DNA of 59,146 nucleotides, counting the filler, from Piptocephalis cylindrospora (lineage: Eukaryota): assembly GCA_003614145.1 (NCBI GenBank). It is 8 parts of 8 records of this genome, joined end to end, with 100 filler letters (N's around TTAATTAATTAA, not from the genome) between each part and the next. Parts side by side here need not be neighbours in the genome. Positions count along the whole stretch, not along the records: positions 22,315 to 29,622 come from KZ988213.1; positions 29,723 to 37,029 come from KZ988214.1; 6 more parts are not named here. The stretch is one strand, 5' to 3'. The notes beneath the pieces were generated by a model, which saw nothing but the letters and a program-made list of their open reading frames with translations, ran no database searches and was not told the origin of the DNA. A program made the translations under genes and the position numbers. This document shows positions 22,315 to 34,026 of the stretch, one piece after another. Position 1 is the stretch's first letter, and each line of letters begins with the position of its first letter.

Positions 22315-23731
22315 CTCCTCCTCCTCCTCCTCCTCCTCCTCTTCCTCGTCTGCACTCTTTTTATCCGTAGATATAACTGTCTCATTAATGCCAGGGAATA
22401 TCGCATCCTGACCTTCTCCCGTGATGCTGGGTCCATCAACTCCTTGCATTCTAGCTACCTTTTCTAGCAGAATAGACCCAGCAATGGAAACTCGATCGGC
22501 TTTGACAGGAACAAGGCCTCTGGGGAAGGATGATGTCTCCGTGGGCTTCTCGGGGAGGATCTCTGGGGGAGGAATGGCAGTCATCGGAGGATATTGGCCA
22601 AGGAGTCTTGCCAACTTCTCCACCTTACGTCGTCGACTCTCCCGGTTGGCCCCACTGGCGGAAGAGGAAGAGGAAGAGGAAGAGGACGAGGGAGATGATG
22701 ATGGTGATGAAGAGAAAAAAGAAGAGGATAAGAATTATCATGATGGTGACCAGGCAGAATTTGAAGGATCCTGCCGATATATGCGGAACGGTCGATCTCG
22801 TCACCGGAGAAAGGCCCAGGTCAAGCGACTGGGCAAACTGGAGCATCTCTTTGGCGTCTTTCCTCCCCCGAGCCTCACTGTTCAGGCCCCTCCCATCACC
22901 CAGCATGATTCAGGATCTGCTCCGGCCATGTGCATCACCTCCTCCTCCACTGCTACTGCGGGTGTCACGGAGGATGAGGAGGACGTGTCCCTTCGAGCAG
23001 AACGGGAGGCCAAGAAGCACCGAGAAAGTTTATTAAGTCTTCTTCTAGAGGAGGATGAGGAGACTGTGGACTCCCTCCTCGAGTTTCTTCAAGGAGCCTC
23101 GGCAGATGAGGCTAAAGAGGATCGGGCCTCTGGTCGGAGAAGCAAGTCGATGCGACGCCGAAAGATGCGGAAACTCCAAAAGTTCTTTGGGAAATCTCTT
23201 GAGGGGGATGAGATGGAGCAACAGAAGCTCATGACCGACGGGTGGGATGCTAGTTCTTGGTCCTGGTTACGGGGTCGGACCCCGGGGTCCCTAGACGAGG
23301 CCAATACCGATGGTGGAGGAGGGGGGGTCGGATGTGGGGGCGGGAGGGGGCGGAAGAATGGGAGAAGGAGACGGTTAACCGTTGGATCCTCCAAGAGTAC
23401 TGCCTCCACCTCGGTCTCCCCTCCATCAGTCTCTCCAGGGCCACGTAGGGGCAGTGCAGGGACCCATAGTCAGCCAGGTAGTCCCCCGATATCCTCCTCC
23501 CGAAGAGGTAGCCGTCTCCGATGGTCCCCTGGATCGGTAGGATGTGGGGTGGACATTTCAGTTGATGGGGAGAATGAACCTCTGGATCCTCAGCTCATGG
23601 TTCCCTTTATCCGGGAGGACGAGGTGGAGCTTAAGCCTCGACGCAAGTATTCCTTCCAGTCCATCTGGGGTACCTCTGGTGAGGGGACGGTTGAGGCAGG
23701 AGGCTCTGAACCTCAAGTCTCTCGGTCTTAG
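22315..23731 (+). CDS. Hypothetical low-complexity protein, 3' part; two KLxx(L/F)FG motifs
   Basis: Long open frame from the contig edge; KRLGKLEHLFG and RKMRKLQKFFG; acidic and Ser-rich tracts. Confidence 0.6.
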
Positions 23732-24008
23732 GCCACCTCTGTCGACCTGCGTGTATTTCTTTTTTAATTCTCTACCCGTTGCTAGGACGGAGATGAAGAA
23801 CATGGAAAGGCGGATTCGTTTTTGCCATTCCTATACCCTTTTATTCATACGCTATTTACCCAGTCATCTACATGTTACCCATAGTATGTGTATTGCCCTT
23901 ACTTCCATGTATGTCTTTATTAGGACAGTTCGATCTGAACAAGGGTAGTTTCAAGTGAAAGACAAATCCCTACTCATTTTGACCCTGCATATAACCCCAG
24001 AGGCCCGC

Positions 24009-24980
24009 TCACTTCTCCTCTTTCTTCTCAGTCCTGTCCACGTCAGCTCTAACCTTGTCATTTAGGATCATGGGAAGATTAGCCTTTGTTCTTACAGCCC
24101 CAATGACGGCGCTGTGATCCCAATCGGAATGCCCAGCATCCCGCATAGTTTGGAGATGCTCGCGCATGGCATCGAGGGTGGGGATAGCAGCGTGGTGCTC
24201 CTGAGCCAGGGCATGGACATGATTGGTATCCTTCAAGGACAATTCGATGGGGAAGGAGGCATTGGCGACGAAGCTATCTTTCATTTGCCTTTCCCCATAT
24301 AACTTGAGAGTGGGAAGGGGCATGAAAGCCTCAATGAAACGGTACACAGCTTCCTGGCCTATTCCGCTGGCCTGACCCAAGGTAAGACCCTCGGCCAGGA
24401 GTTCGATGAAGCCAAGGACGAAAAAGTTACCTATGAGCTTCATCTTGGACCCGGCATCAGGATCCTCCCCGAGACGAAGGGCGGATCGAGCGATGGTAGG
24501 GACAAGGAGGGATTCAAGCTTAGCGCAAGAGTCCTCAGGACCTGCGAGGACAAGGACCAGATTGGCATTGGCAGCGGCGGAAGGTGGGCCAAAGACCGGG
24601 GCGCTAACAAAGGTATGGCCTGCATCGGTAGCCCTTTTGGCCAGGGTGCCAGTCAGGGCAGGGTACACCGTGGAGGTCTCGACCAGGAGAATGGATCGAT
24701 CCTTTGGCAAGGACATGAAGAGTTCAGCGTAGACAGCCTGAACAGCAGCATCATTGGACAGGGAGGTGAGGATTATGTCACAATGCTCAACCAAGTCCTG
24801 GATACTGGTGGTGGCCTTAGCGCCCAATTCGACGAGTTCCTCGCATTTAGAGGCCGTTCGGTTGTATACGGTCAGGGGAGGAATGGACTCGCTGCTGTCT
24901 GCAACCTTCTTCTGTAGACATTTGGCCATGCCCATACCCATTTGGCCGAGGCCGATCCATCCAATACGTTCTGTGGACAT
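24009..24980 (-). CDS. 3-hydroxyisobutyrate/6-phosphogluconate dehydrogenase-family NAD(P)-dependent oxidoreductase, intronless
   Basis: IGWIGLGQMG Rossmann motif, VYNRT, ETSTV, SAPVFGPP, catalytic KLIGN, KD. Confidence 0.9.
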   Translation of the reverse strand: MSTERIGWIGLGQMGMGMAKCLQKKVADSSESIPPLTVYNRTASKCEELVELGAKATTSIQDLVEHCDIILTSLSNDAAVQAVYAELFMSLPKDRSILLVETSTVYPALTGTLAKRATDAGHTFVSAPVFGPPSAAANANLVLVLAGPEDSCAKLESLLVPTIARSALRLGEDPDAGSKMKLIGNFFVLGFIELLAEGLTLGQASGIGQEAVYRFIEAFMPLPTLKLYGERQMKDSFVANASFPIELSLKDTNHVHALAQEHHAAIPTLDAMREHLQTMRDAGHSDWDHSAVIGAVRTKANLPMILNDKVRADVDRTEKKEEK

Positions 24981-25638
24981 GGTGTTTGATTATGGCTGAA
25001 GGATAATGAGTGGGGAGGGGAGAAGTAAGATGTAATGGGGTATGAAGGGGGGATATAAGAGAATAAGATGGGGTTTTATAGATGATGATGCAGGGTGTAT
25101 GTGGGAGGAGAGCAGATGGCACACGGAGAAGGTACACGGATTACGTAAGCAAACCATGACGTTTCCTCGAGCATAGGAAGGCTATGCGATGAATAAGGAT
25201 AGCTCACTGGGATATGACTCACGAAGGGATACATAGTTTACTGGGAGATAGATCCTGATGGAGGAGGGATGTGTTGATCATGATCTATTAATAGGGAAAG
25301 GGTTGGATCGAACGGTGCTATGTGCGCTCTGTTGGCTGAAGGGGTGCTTGAGAATCACTCTTGCTATTGGTATATTGTGATCCAGCAGGTTTATAAGATT
25401 GCCATCGATATCACCGTTAGTGTGCACACCATTATCACCAGCAGTGATTGCACTTTCAGTTCACTCCACCGAGAAGGCGCCGGATTATGAGTATGAAAAG
25501 CAAAAAGATACTCGTTGTAACAATGCGCTTCCAGTTCAATGCATTTCGCTGTTTACTACCACTATAATACGCTTCCAGATCAAACGTCTTGTACTACACC
25601 AAGGTCCGCCAATTCTTGCTTTATCAACTTCAAACAGC

Positions 25639-26826
25639 ATGAGTACAGACAAACCCACGCCGACCTCAAAAGGGTTATCCTTTGGCCTATCCATCAAGAA
25701 ATCTTCCAAAGCCAAGAGGTTGCAGGTAGCTAAGCAAGGACTGAAGCCTTCGGCTTCCCTTGGCTCTTTTGGAGAGGAGGAGGAGCCTGTGGTGAAAAAG
25801 AGCAATCTACCGCCCCCAACTGCTCAACCACTCCCACCTATTGATTCCGACCCTCAGCCGCGCTTATCGGGGGAGAGAAAAGGTACAGAGGACCAGGCTG
25901 AGGATGAGGACGAGGTGAATGCGTACGATGAGTTGTATGACCAGATCAAGGAAGCTACCAAGCAGTATGGACTACAACGAAGACAGGGAAGCACCAAGGT
26001 GGGTGATGGAGGAAAAAAGGAGGCTAGATACATGAGTGATATCCTTGCGGCGGCAGAACGACGCAAGATGGATCGGGCCCGAGCCGAAGAGCGGATGGTG
26101 CAGCGGGAACGGGAAGCCGAGGGCAGTGAGTTTGCAGACAAAGAGAGTTTTGTCACCGAAGCATTTTCTAAGTACCGAGAGGAGCTAGAGGCCATGGAGA
26201 GAGCCGAAGAGGCTGCCGAGGCTAGACGGGCAGCAAAGGCTGGGAATGAGGTTCGGGGGATGGATCATTCCGCAAGCTTCTTCCGGTCTATGCTCAATGA
26301 CCAGGTTGAGGAGCGGGCGGCCATCCTCTCTGCGTCCAAGGCCGCTTCTGGGACTACTGTGACTGAGGTTGGGACTAAGACTGAGATGAATCGGACAGAC
26401 CAAGACACAGGAAATGCCACCAAAAACGATTCGGGAGAGGTTGTAGACAAGAGAGAGTTGCTACAAGCCGGACTGAACATTGGTTCATCTTCCAGGACAG
26501 GTGGAGGATGGAAACAGGATAAGGCTGCCCTGCGCCAAGGATACACTCGAAGAGAGGATGGATCAGGGGGGGGACGGGGAAAGGGATGGGAAAGGGGCGG
26601 GAGGGACCGGAAACGGGAAAGCGCCATGCTTCAAGAACAGCTCTTGGACATGCAGAAACAGGACCAGGTCAAGGCTGAGGAAGAAAGGGAAATTTTACGG
26701 ACCAAACTTGCCCGTAAGACAGATGATCAGGGTGTAGAGGGAGCCAAAGCCCGGTACCTTGCTCGACGGCGACTTGAACAGGAGAAAAAAAGAAAGGATA
26801 TTGATAAGGAGGAAGAGGACGCGTAG
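25639..26826 (+). CDS. NSRP1: Nuclear speckle splicing regulatory protein 1 / CCDC55 (DUF2040)
   Basis: LSFGL, YDELYD, ARYMSDILAAAERRK, ERMVQREREAEGSEFADKESFVTEAF, AKARYLARR. Confidence 0.85.
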   Translation: MSTDKPTPTSKGLSFGLSIKKSSKAKRLQVAKQGLKPSASLGSFGEEEEPVVKKSNLPPPTAQPLPPIDSDPQPRLSGERKGTEDQAEDEDEVNAYDELYDQIKEATKQYGLQRRQGSTKVGDGGKKEARYMSDILAAAERRKMDRARAEERMVQREREAEGSEFADKESFVTEAFSKYREELEAMERAEEAAEARRAAKAGNEVRGMDHSASFFRSMLNDQVEERAAILSASKAASGTTVTEVGTKTEMNRTDQDTGNATKNDSGEVVDKRELLQAGLNIGSSSRTGGGWKQDKAALRQGYTRREDGSGGGRGKGWERGGRDRKRESAMLQEQLLDMQKQDQVKAEEEREILRTKLARKTDDQGVEGAKARYLARRRLEQEKKRKDIDKEEEDA

Positions 26827-26906
26827 GGTAAATTATGTGTAAATACAAGGGAAGATGCGTAGAACAAACAGATGTATTGCAAGAGGAAAAGGGCTTTAGT
26901 CGTCCC

Positions 26907-29293
26907 TTAGGAAAAGACGGGGAGGTTAGGATCCTTCCTCCAAGTCCTCAAGGTTCGATCCTCACTTGCGCTGGCCAGGATGCCTCGGGACCAGTGGACA
27001 TCGTACACAACGCCCTCATGACCGGGAAGACGCTGGAGAAGACCACCGGTTCCTTGATCCCACAGGTAGACAACCCCATCCTCGGATCCTCCGACAATGA
27101 GATTATTGGGTGCAAAGGAGGCTCGGACAAAATTTTTACTTGTGTTCTGATGGCCCTTGAGTTTTCGGACGGGTCTTGCCATACGAATATCCCATAATCG
27201 ATTAGAGTTGTCCTTAGAGGAAGAGAGGAGAAGGGAACCTGCAGTATTCAGGGCTACGGACGTAACTTCTCCTAGGTGGGAGGTGATACTCTTTACACAG
27301 AGCCCCGAGGAGAGATCCCAAAAGCGAATGCTATTGTCCTTTGATCTGGAGTGAGAGAAATTGATGAGAGAGAAAAAGAGAGGATACATCGACATTGACC
27401 TAAAGATGCTTACCCAGTGACGAGTAAATTTCCAAGAGGGCCAAAGGAGCAACCAGTAATGGCCAACTGATGCCCTGTAAAGGCTTTGATGATTTGACCG
27501 GTGGTGATATCATGGAATCGAACCACTTTATCATATCCACCGCTTACAACATGTTTCTATGGACGAAGCAGAGTGTGAGCACACGTATTCACTTGCCCCT
27601 TATTCTTAAACCCAATTCAAAACTCACTCCTCCAGGATGATACACCACGCTGTACACATCGGCGGTATGACCAGTTAGGGTAGTGAGACAAGCGGAAAGC
27701 GGGGAGGGAGGACCGGTGGGCGAGGTAATGGAGGAGGGAGACATGACCGTGGGAGAGGTGATGGAGGAGCTAATCAAGGGCTGTGCCGATTCCTGGGCCT
27801 GGGAAGTGGTCGAGTGAACACTCCAAATCTATAGGAAGCGGAGAGAAGGGTAAGGATGTGCTTTAAACATATCGAGATTTGTCGTGACCTCTTCCGACTA
27901 ACCTTGACTGTCTTATCACTGGAGGCACTGGCTACATAAGAACCCTCTCGATCGGCACTGACACTCCAGACTCGGGCTTCATGGCCTTCCAGGACCACTT
28001 TCTTTTCTTGCTCATCCTCCTCCGCATCCTCCTCTTCACTTTTGATCCCACCCATCACATCCCAAATCCTTATGGTATTGTCGCTGTAGAAGAAGAAAAA
28101 GTCAGCATTTCCTCCTCTTTTTCTTTCCTTCATCCTCCCAATACATACCTGGATCCAGATACTATTTTATCCCCATCAAGGCCAGCAAAGGTAAAGCATT
28201 TGACGTTGCCTCGATGCCCCTGGAAGGTCCTATCCACCGTATTAGGGATGACAAAGCTCTCGTAATCCGCCAGAAGGGTGGAAAGGCCTGTGGGGGAGGG
28301 CCGAGGGTGATGATACCGGCAAAACTCTTCTTGGTACGCTACGGCCTGACGTAGAAGGGTAAGAAGGCGATGCTCGGGGACACGATGAAACAGGGGATCT
28401 GAGGGGGAGGGGGAGAGAGTGGCATGATCGAAATCAAGCATGCCCTGAAGTTTCCGCACGAGAATCTCCCGGGAAGGCCCAATACCATCCCAATCCCGGA
28501 AGGAAGGGGCATCCTGGACAGACTTTGCGGTGAGGAGGTAGGCCAGGTCCTTGAATTCATCAGGGGTGGACCGGAGGTGCTCCAGAGGCTTGAGTCGTTT
28601 GGTGAGGTGAGCAAAGGCTCGTTGGTGATCGCGCTTGTCAATATACTCGAGAAACTGTTGACGATATACAGCGTAGAGGAAGGCCTTTTGCTGCCGGAAC
28701 ATCGGGAGCTTCCCGCAAGCCTTGTCTACCTCGGGCCAGTCCCCTTCGAGGATGGCCTTTTTTAGCCGCTTCACTTCGGCCTTCCCCTCCTCCGCCTCGC
28801 GCAATCGGATATTTGCTTCATCCTGCAGAGTCATCCGTGAGGTGTGATAGCCCTCATCCGTGAGGTATTGAAGGATCATTCGTAGGATATCCTCCTTGAT
28901 TCCCGGATCCTTTGCATCAAAAATATCATCTGTGGGTCGAATGCATCTGTGCCCGTCCCTATGCACGACCGGGTAAGTGCCTTGGATCTTTTCTAGGGTT
29001 CTGTGAAGAAAGAAGGGGAAAATGAAGAATGAGCATGATACTCCTCCATCAGGGTAGGTCGAGGGTGTTCATGAAACTCCTTCATCAGACAAAACTGACC
29101 GTTCTTGAAGGTCAGAGAGAGGCGGTGGCCCGTCAGGAGTATCAAGGTACTCCCGTAATCGGTCTGTTCGTCCCTCCAAACTACTTTCCGTCATTTGACC
29201 GCTTTGGGCCCGGGAGCTGCTAAGGGAGGTGGGAACCGAGGGTCTACGGGAAGTCCCAGTCTCTAAATCGGTTTGTTCTTTGGAGACATCCAT
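26907..29293 (-). CDS. LisH-CTLH-WD40 repeat protein (TOPLESS/WDR47/WDR26-like architecture), multi-exon
   Basis: LisH ILRMILQYLTDEGY; CTLH RLKKAILEGDW...QQFLE; RLLTLLRQAVAYQ; about 7 GH...WD repeats. Confidence 0.85.
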
Positions 29294-29585
29294 GGGGGGA
29301 GAAGTGGGTGGACGGATAGGTGGGTGGATATATGATGGGGGGATGGAGTAAGAAAGGGAAAAGATATGGATGAGGCCTGTGCGTGTACCCTCTTATATGA
29401 GCGCGACTATCGCGAGGAAGAGCACTTGTCGTCGCAATAGATGGTAAAGATGAGCCAGTTCCATGCCCTTGGGGGAAGGGGATATAGACTCTGTTTTGCT
29501 TGTATACCCGAGAAAATGTTTACCCAAGAGCTTTCCTAGGATATCAGGTCTACCTCACATACCCAAGTTCATCTAATCCCAAAAA

Positions 29586-29614
29586 CATTCATTCGTTCAT
29601 TCATTCATTCATCC
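29586..29614. repeat. (CATT)n microsatellite at contig end
   Basis: cattcattcgttcattcattcattcatcc. Confidence 0.8.
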
Positions 29615-30185
29615 ATACTCATNNNNNNNNNNNNNNNNNNNNNNNNNNNNNNNNNNNNNNNNNNNNTTAATTAATTAANNNNNNNNNNNNNNNNNNNNNN
29701 NNNNNNNNNNNNNNNNNNNNNNAACGAGAGGGGGAGCTCTGGGGGCGACACGCGAAACCACAAAGACACTCCCATCCACGATGCGGCCGCCCCCGCGACC
29801 TACCCTCCCCCCCCCCCCCCCCCCCACCCTTGCCATCCTCTCCACGTCTTGGCATGAATTGTCACAGTATATTAATTTGTTTTCTGGTCTGTGTGTTTCT
29901 TACATTCGTGCACAGGTCTTCATCAAGGGGGGGGGAAGGGGGAGGGGCAGCGTGATGGACGCAAGGGAGGATCAGCATAGATCACCCTACCCTGGATGCA
30001 CATGTCATCTCGGGCGGATCTTGGCAAGGATCTTTTCGCTCACCCCCCCTCCCCATGTGTCTAGTCGGGATCCATCGCATGGGGGGAAAGAATAGGAAGA
30101 TGAGGAGGACTACCACTCCAAGCACACGCAGGTGGACAGCCTCGTCAAGGCCAGTCAAGGACAAATGTATGATCTTAAAAACGTC

Positions 30186-31187
30186 TTATTTTCCCCCACC
30201 TTTCCCCGACAAAGGGGGAGACGATGAGAGGGGGGATAGTGAAGTAGGAGGTAATGGGGTGGGAGTGGTGGTGTTGGTACGGGAGTGGATAGTCATCTTT
30301 GAGAAGGTGGATTCGTCAGTCATCATCGGGGTGGCTGTCCCATTGTTCATCATCGGGGTGGTCACCCCATTGTTCAGTCGTGGGGCAGTCCCATTGCTCA
30401 GCACTGGAGTGGTCCCATTGCTCAGCACTGGGGTCGTCCCATTGTTCATCATCGAGCCGGTCCCATTCACAAGTGGAGGGACCAAGAAGGAAGGGATACT
30501 TATAGGAGGAGACATCACCGGGGAAGAGGGATTGGTTGGCATCGTGGAAAGTGGAGAGGCCATGGGTAAGGAGGAAGCGGTCAAGACGTGCTTCATCTCC
30601 TCGTCGGTCGGATGGGCAAGGACAAGGATGGGCATGGTCTGGGCCAGGGGGGAGTCCTGGTTGGAGAGCTCCTCCAGGATCTCGGGTGTCAAGAGCGCCT
30701 TGACATCGGGTCGGTCGAGCCAGACACTGTACCGATCCCATGGCTCTTGCTGATGTCGTTGAAGCACCTCCATCTGCTGCTTTTGCACCATGTACTGCTG
30801 GTACAATTTCACTTGATTCTTTTTATACTCCTCCTCCTGCTCAAAGTACTGTCGACGTCGCTCGGCCTTGGATTTCGCCAACCACGCCTCCCTCGCCTTG
30901 CGTGCCATCTCTGCCCTATATCGTTCTGCCCTGGCCCTCTTCTTCTCCAGCGACTTGGCCTTGGCTTTCGTCGTTGAATTCTTCATGTGTCGCCCCGTCG
31001 TCCATAGCATCTCCACCGCCGCCGAGCCCAGCCCCAGAATCACTGGGCTTGGGTACGAGTTGCCCCCGTAAGACACGAGATGAGACCACAGGGATGAAGC
31101 ATCCGCTTCCTCTGCCTCCTTTGGTGCAGCTGAATCTAGGCTGCAGAGACAGAGGAGCAAGAGGAGGGCAGCGGTGTACCAGAGCAT
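30186..31187 (-). CDS. Orphan secreted protein with central basic coiled coil and C-terminal 10-aa NGT repeats
   Basis: Signal-peptide-like MLWYTAALLLLLCLCSLDSA; K/R/E/Q-rich helix; repeats NNGTTPVLS/NGTAP. Confidence 0.7.
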   Translation of the reverse strand: MLWYTAALLLLLCLCSLDSAAPKEAEEADASSLWSHLVSYGGNSYPSPVILGLGSAAVEMLWTTGRHMKNSTTKAKAKSLEKKRARAERYRAEMARKAREAWLAKSKAERRRQYFEQEEEYKKNQVKLYQQYMVQKQQMEVLQRHQQEPWDRYSVWLDRPDVKALLTPEILEELSNQDSPLAQTMPILVLAHPTDEEMKHVLTASSLPMASPLSTMPTNPSSPVMSPPISIPSFLVPPLVNGTGSMMNNGTTPVLSNGTTPVLSNGTAPRLNNGVTTPMMNNGTATPMMTDESTFSKMTIHSRTNTTTPTPLPPTSLSPLSSSPPLSGKGGGK

Positions 31188-31977
31188 GGCTGGAGGTTTG
31201 GGTGGAAACGGAGCGGATGGGATGGAAGAAGAAGAAGAAGAAGATGGATGAGGGCTGGCGTAGTCGTTAAGGGTAGGAAAGGTAGGTAGCCCTGCGTTGA
31301 GGGGCAAGGAAGGAAACGCTAACTGATGGAGGACAAGAAGGAAGGGGATATTCCTGGAGAAAAGAAGATGATTCTATGCAAGCAGTCAATGCTCTGTCCC
31401 TTCGCCAAGGTGGTTTCAAACTCCATCGCTGTCTCTCATACTTGGTATATCCGAAAGATGTATATAATGTATTGCAATCTGGCACAGTGGCCCACTGGAA
31501 GCACCCCATTTTTGGGGAATCCACAGCGTGGACCGCGTATCATACTTGGTATATTCATACAACCCAGTTTAATTAAATTATTGATCCAAATCAACCATTT
31601 TGTGTCCTATTTTCACTCCGTCTGTCGGCCCCACTAAACACATTGTCCATTGCCTATACACTGGCCCGTCTTTGTCTCTTCCCTCCTCCCACACACCTCT
31701 CCATCCACTATTGCGTCCCAGAGCTTTGAGTGGACCGCAGCCTCCTTGCTGAACAGAGTGGTATTGATGCTGCCCACATATCGCCATGCCTTACCACCAC
31801 CACCCATTCGCCTTTGCCTCCACAGAGTAGGGGTGAGGAGAGGGAGGGAGGAGTGGTGCGCGTTTATCTTCATCCTCCCCCAGGTAGAGAGACGCGCCAC
31901 CTCTGGCTCGCCCTTCATCTCCTCTCTTCATCCTCCCTTTCCTATCCCATCATTGAACCTTCTCCCAATATCTCATT

Positions 31978-33677
31978 ATGGCCTTGACTCGCTCAATAAC
32001 TTCGGGATCCCCAGAGGCTGCACAACTTCAGGTATCTTTCCCTTCATCCCACATCAGGCTCCCTTATCAGTCTTTCATCCTCCGCACAAACTTACATTCC
32101 CCATCTTTCCTATGCAATAGACTTTGATCAAGGGAAAGCTCGTTGATCTTGGGTACAGCGGAGAGGATGACGAGACACTGGCCGAGTACGTTACCGTCAT
32201 GATCGTCAACGACAAGTCTCATGCCCAGGTGGACGAGGAACTCATCGACCTGATTGGTGCTGATCTTTACGATCCTGGCTTCGGCCAATGGCTCTTTTCC
32301 CTCTTGGCCACCCCAGAACCCACACCTTCATCCTCAGCTCCAGCCCCACCTTCTCAACTTGAACCCATCAAGGCTGAGCCTTTTCCTCAGACCTCTACCC
32401 CCACACCATCGGCTCCACCCGCACCCATGGAACGGGTCCCACACCATACCACTCATCCCCAAGAGTCATCTAGGCTTTTACGTGGGGCCCTTCATGATGC
32501 GGCTTCCCGTCAAGATCAATCGGGTGGAAAGAGTGTTTCCAAGGGCACGGTCCAAAGACACTCTAGGCGTGAGATCCATGGAACTCCGTATGGGGCCGGA
32601 AATGTAGATCCGGCCAGGAGAAACAGAGGGAGAGATGCTTCCGAGGATGACACCACCTTCTCCATACAACTTCCCTCCCAGAATAAAAAGAACGTCTACT
32701 TGGCCAAAGGCCAATCCCAGGGTACCGTCATCCCTGCCCCCTCCTCCCAAACGGTGGAGGGGATGGCAGACAGCCTCAAGCGCTGCTCTTTTTGGCCCAA
32801 CTGCACCAAGGGTCATGAATGTCCCTACTTTCACCCCACCCAGCTTTGCTCTCTTTACCCCATGTGCCCAAACACCGCCGAGACCTGTCGCTTCATTCAC
32901 CCCGCTGGCTCTGAATCCTCCTCCTCCTCCACCACCACCTTTTCCGACACAAACAGGACCCCTTGTCGCTTTGCCGAAGGATGCACCAATCCCCGATGCT
33001 CCTTTGCTCATCCTCGTGGTCGAAGGCTACCCGGGAGCGGTGGAGCCTCGGGCATTCCCTGTCGATTTGCCGGTCATTGCACCAATCCCTCTTGTCCCTT
33101 CCAACACCAGGATCCGGGTGCCCATGGGCCTCATGATCCCTCTCAGGATATTGGGGAGCTTCTAGCTCCAGAGGCCTCCATCACCCCCTCCCATCCGCAG
33201 GGCGGCCCTTCCCGGCCCAGCGCCACAGGACATGGTAAGAAACTCGCCATACCCTGCCGGGAGGGAGAGGCATGTGAGAGGAAAGCTACATGCATCTTTC
33301 TTCATCCTGGGGAGACTCCCACCACCCCCCAAGTCCCTTGCAGATTTGGGGCTCAGTGTACCCGAAAGGACTGCATCTACAAGCACCCTCATCGCCACCG
33401 ATCCGTTCGGTTCGGCGCCGACGGTAAACCTATCCCGGATGAAGAAGGAGATGAGGAGGGTCAGGACTCTATGAATCAAAGAAAGAGCGATCGTTCCTTT
33501 GTCGCGATGGACGATGGTGCCACCGAGAAGCTTTATGTTCCCAACCAAGGCACATCCCATCTTATGGCCTCCCGTCGGGATTGGAAAGGACAGGAGGCCC
33601 TTCAGGCCCATCCCACCGCCTCTACTGAGTCGTCCGCCGCCGAGGAGGACGGGGATGTGGTCATGGGTCTTTCATGA
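31978..33677 (+). CDS. NAB2: Nuclear poly(A)-binding protein Nab2/ZC3H14; intron 32032-32120
   Basis: PWI-like N-terminus (LIKGKLVDLGY...TLAEYVTVMIVNDKS) and six CCCH fingers (CSFWPNCTKGHECPYFHP, CRFAEGCTNPRCSFAHP, CRFGAQCTRKDCIYKHP). Confidence 0.9.
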
Positions 33678-34026
33678 GCACTCCCTCTTTCTCTCTCTCT
33701 CCCGATAATCCGACCAAGAGAAAGGATCAATCTCTCAGGTCAACTGGGTTAGGGTATCCATGATTATTGAAGTGTATGGAGAGGGGAAGGGAGAAACACT
33801 TTCTATATTTTTTCTCATGTACATGAACGGCACATGGTTCTTGATATCGTGATGGTGGGGATGATAAAGTAACGTTTTTTTAAAGAGCGACAAGTAAATG
33901 TCCTGTGATCCCTTATAGAGTGAGGCGGCTAAGAAAAAGACGACACGAATAGAATGAGAAGAGTGATTCATTAGGCTTATGCTCCCACATTCTATCTTTC
34001 ATAATCCACTCTAGGTACACCCGTAA

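Noticed and set aside
24009..24980. Intronless dehydrogenase as a bacterial horizontal transfer
   Set aside because: Several native genes here are also intronless and the family is widespread in fungi; a phylogeny would be needed.
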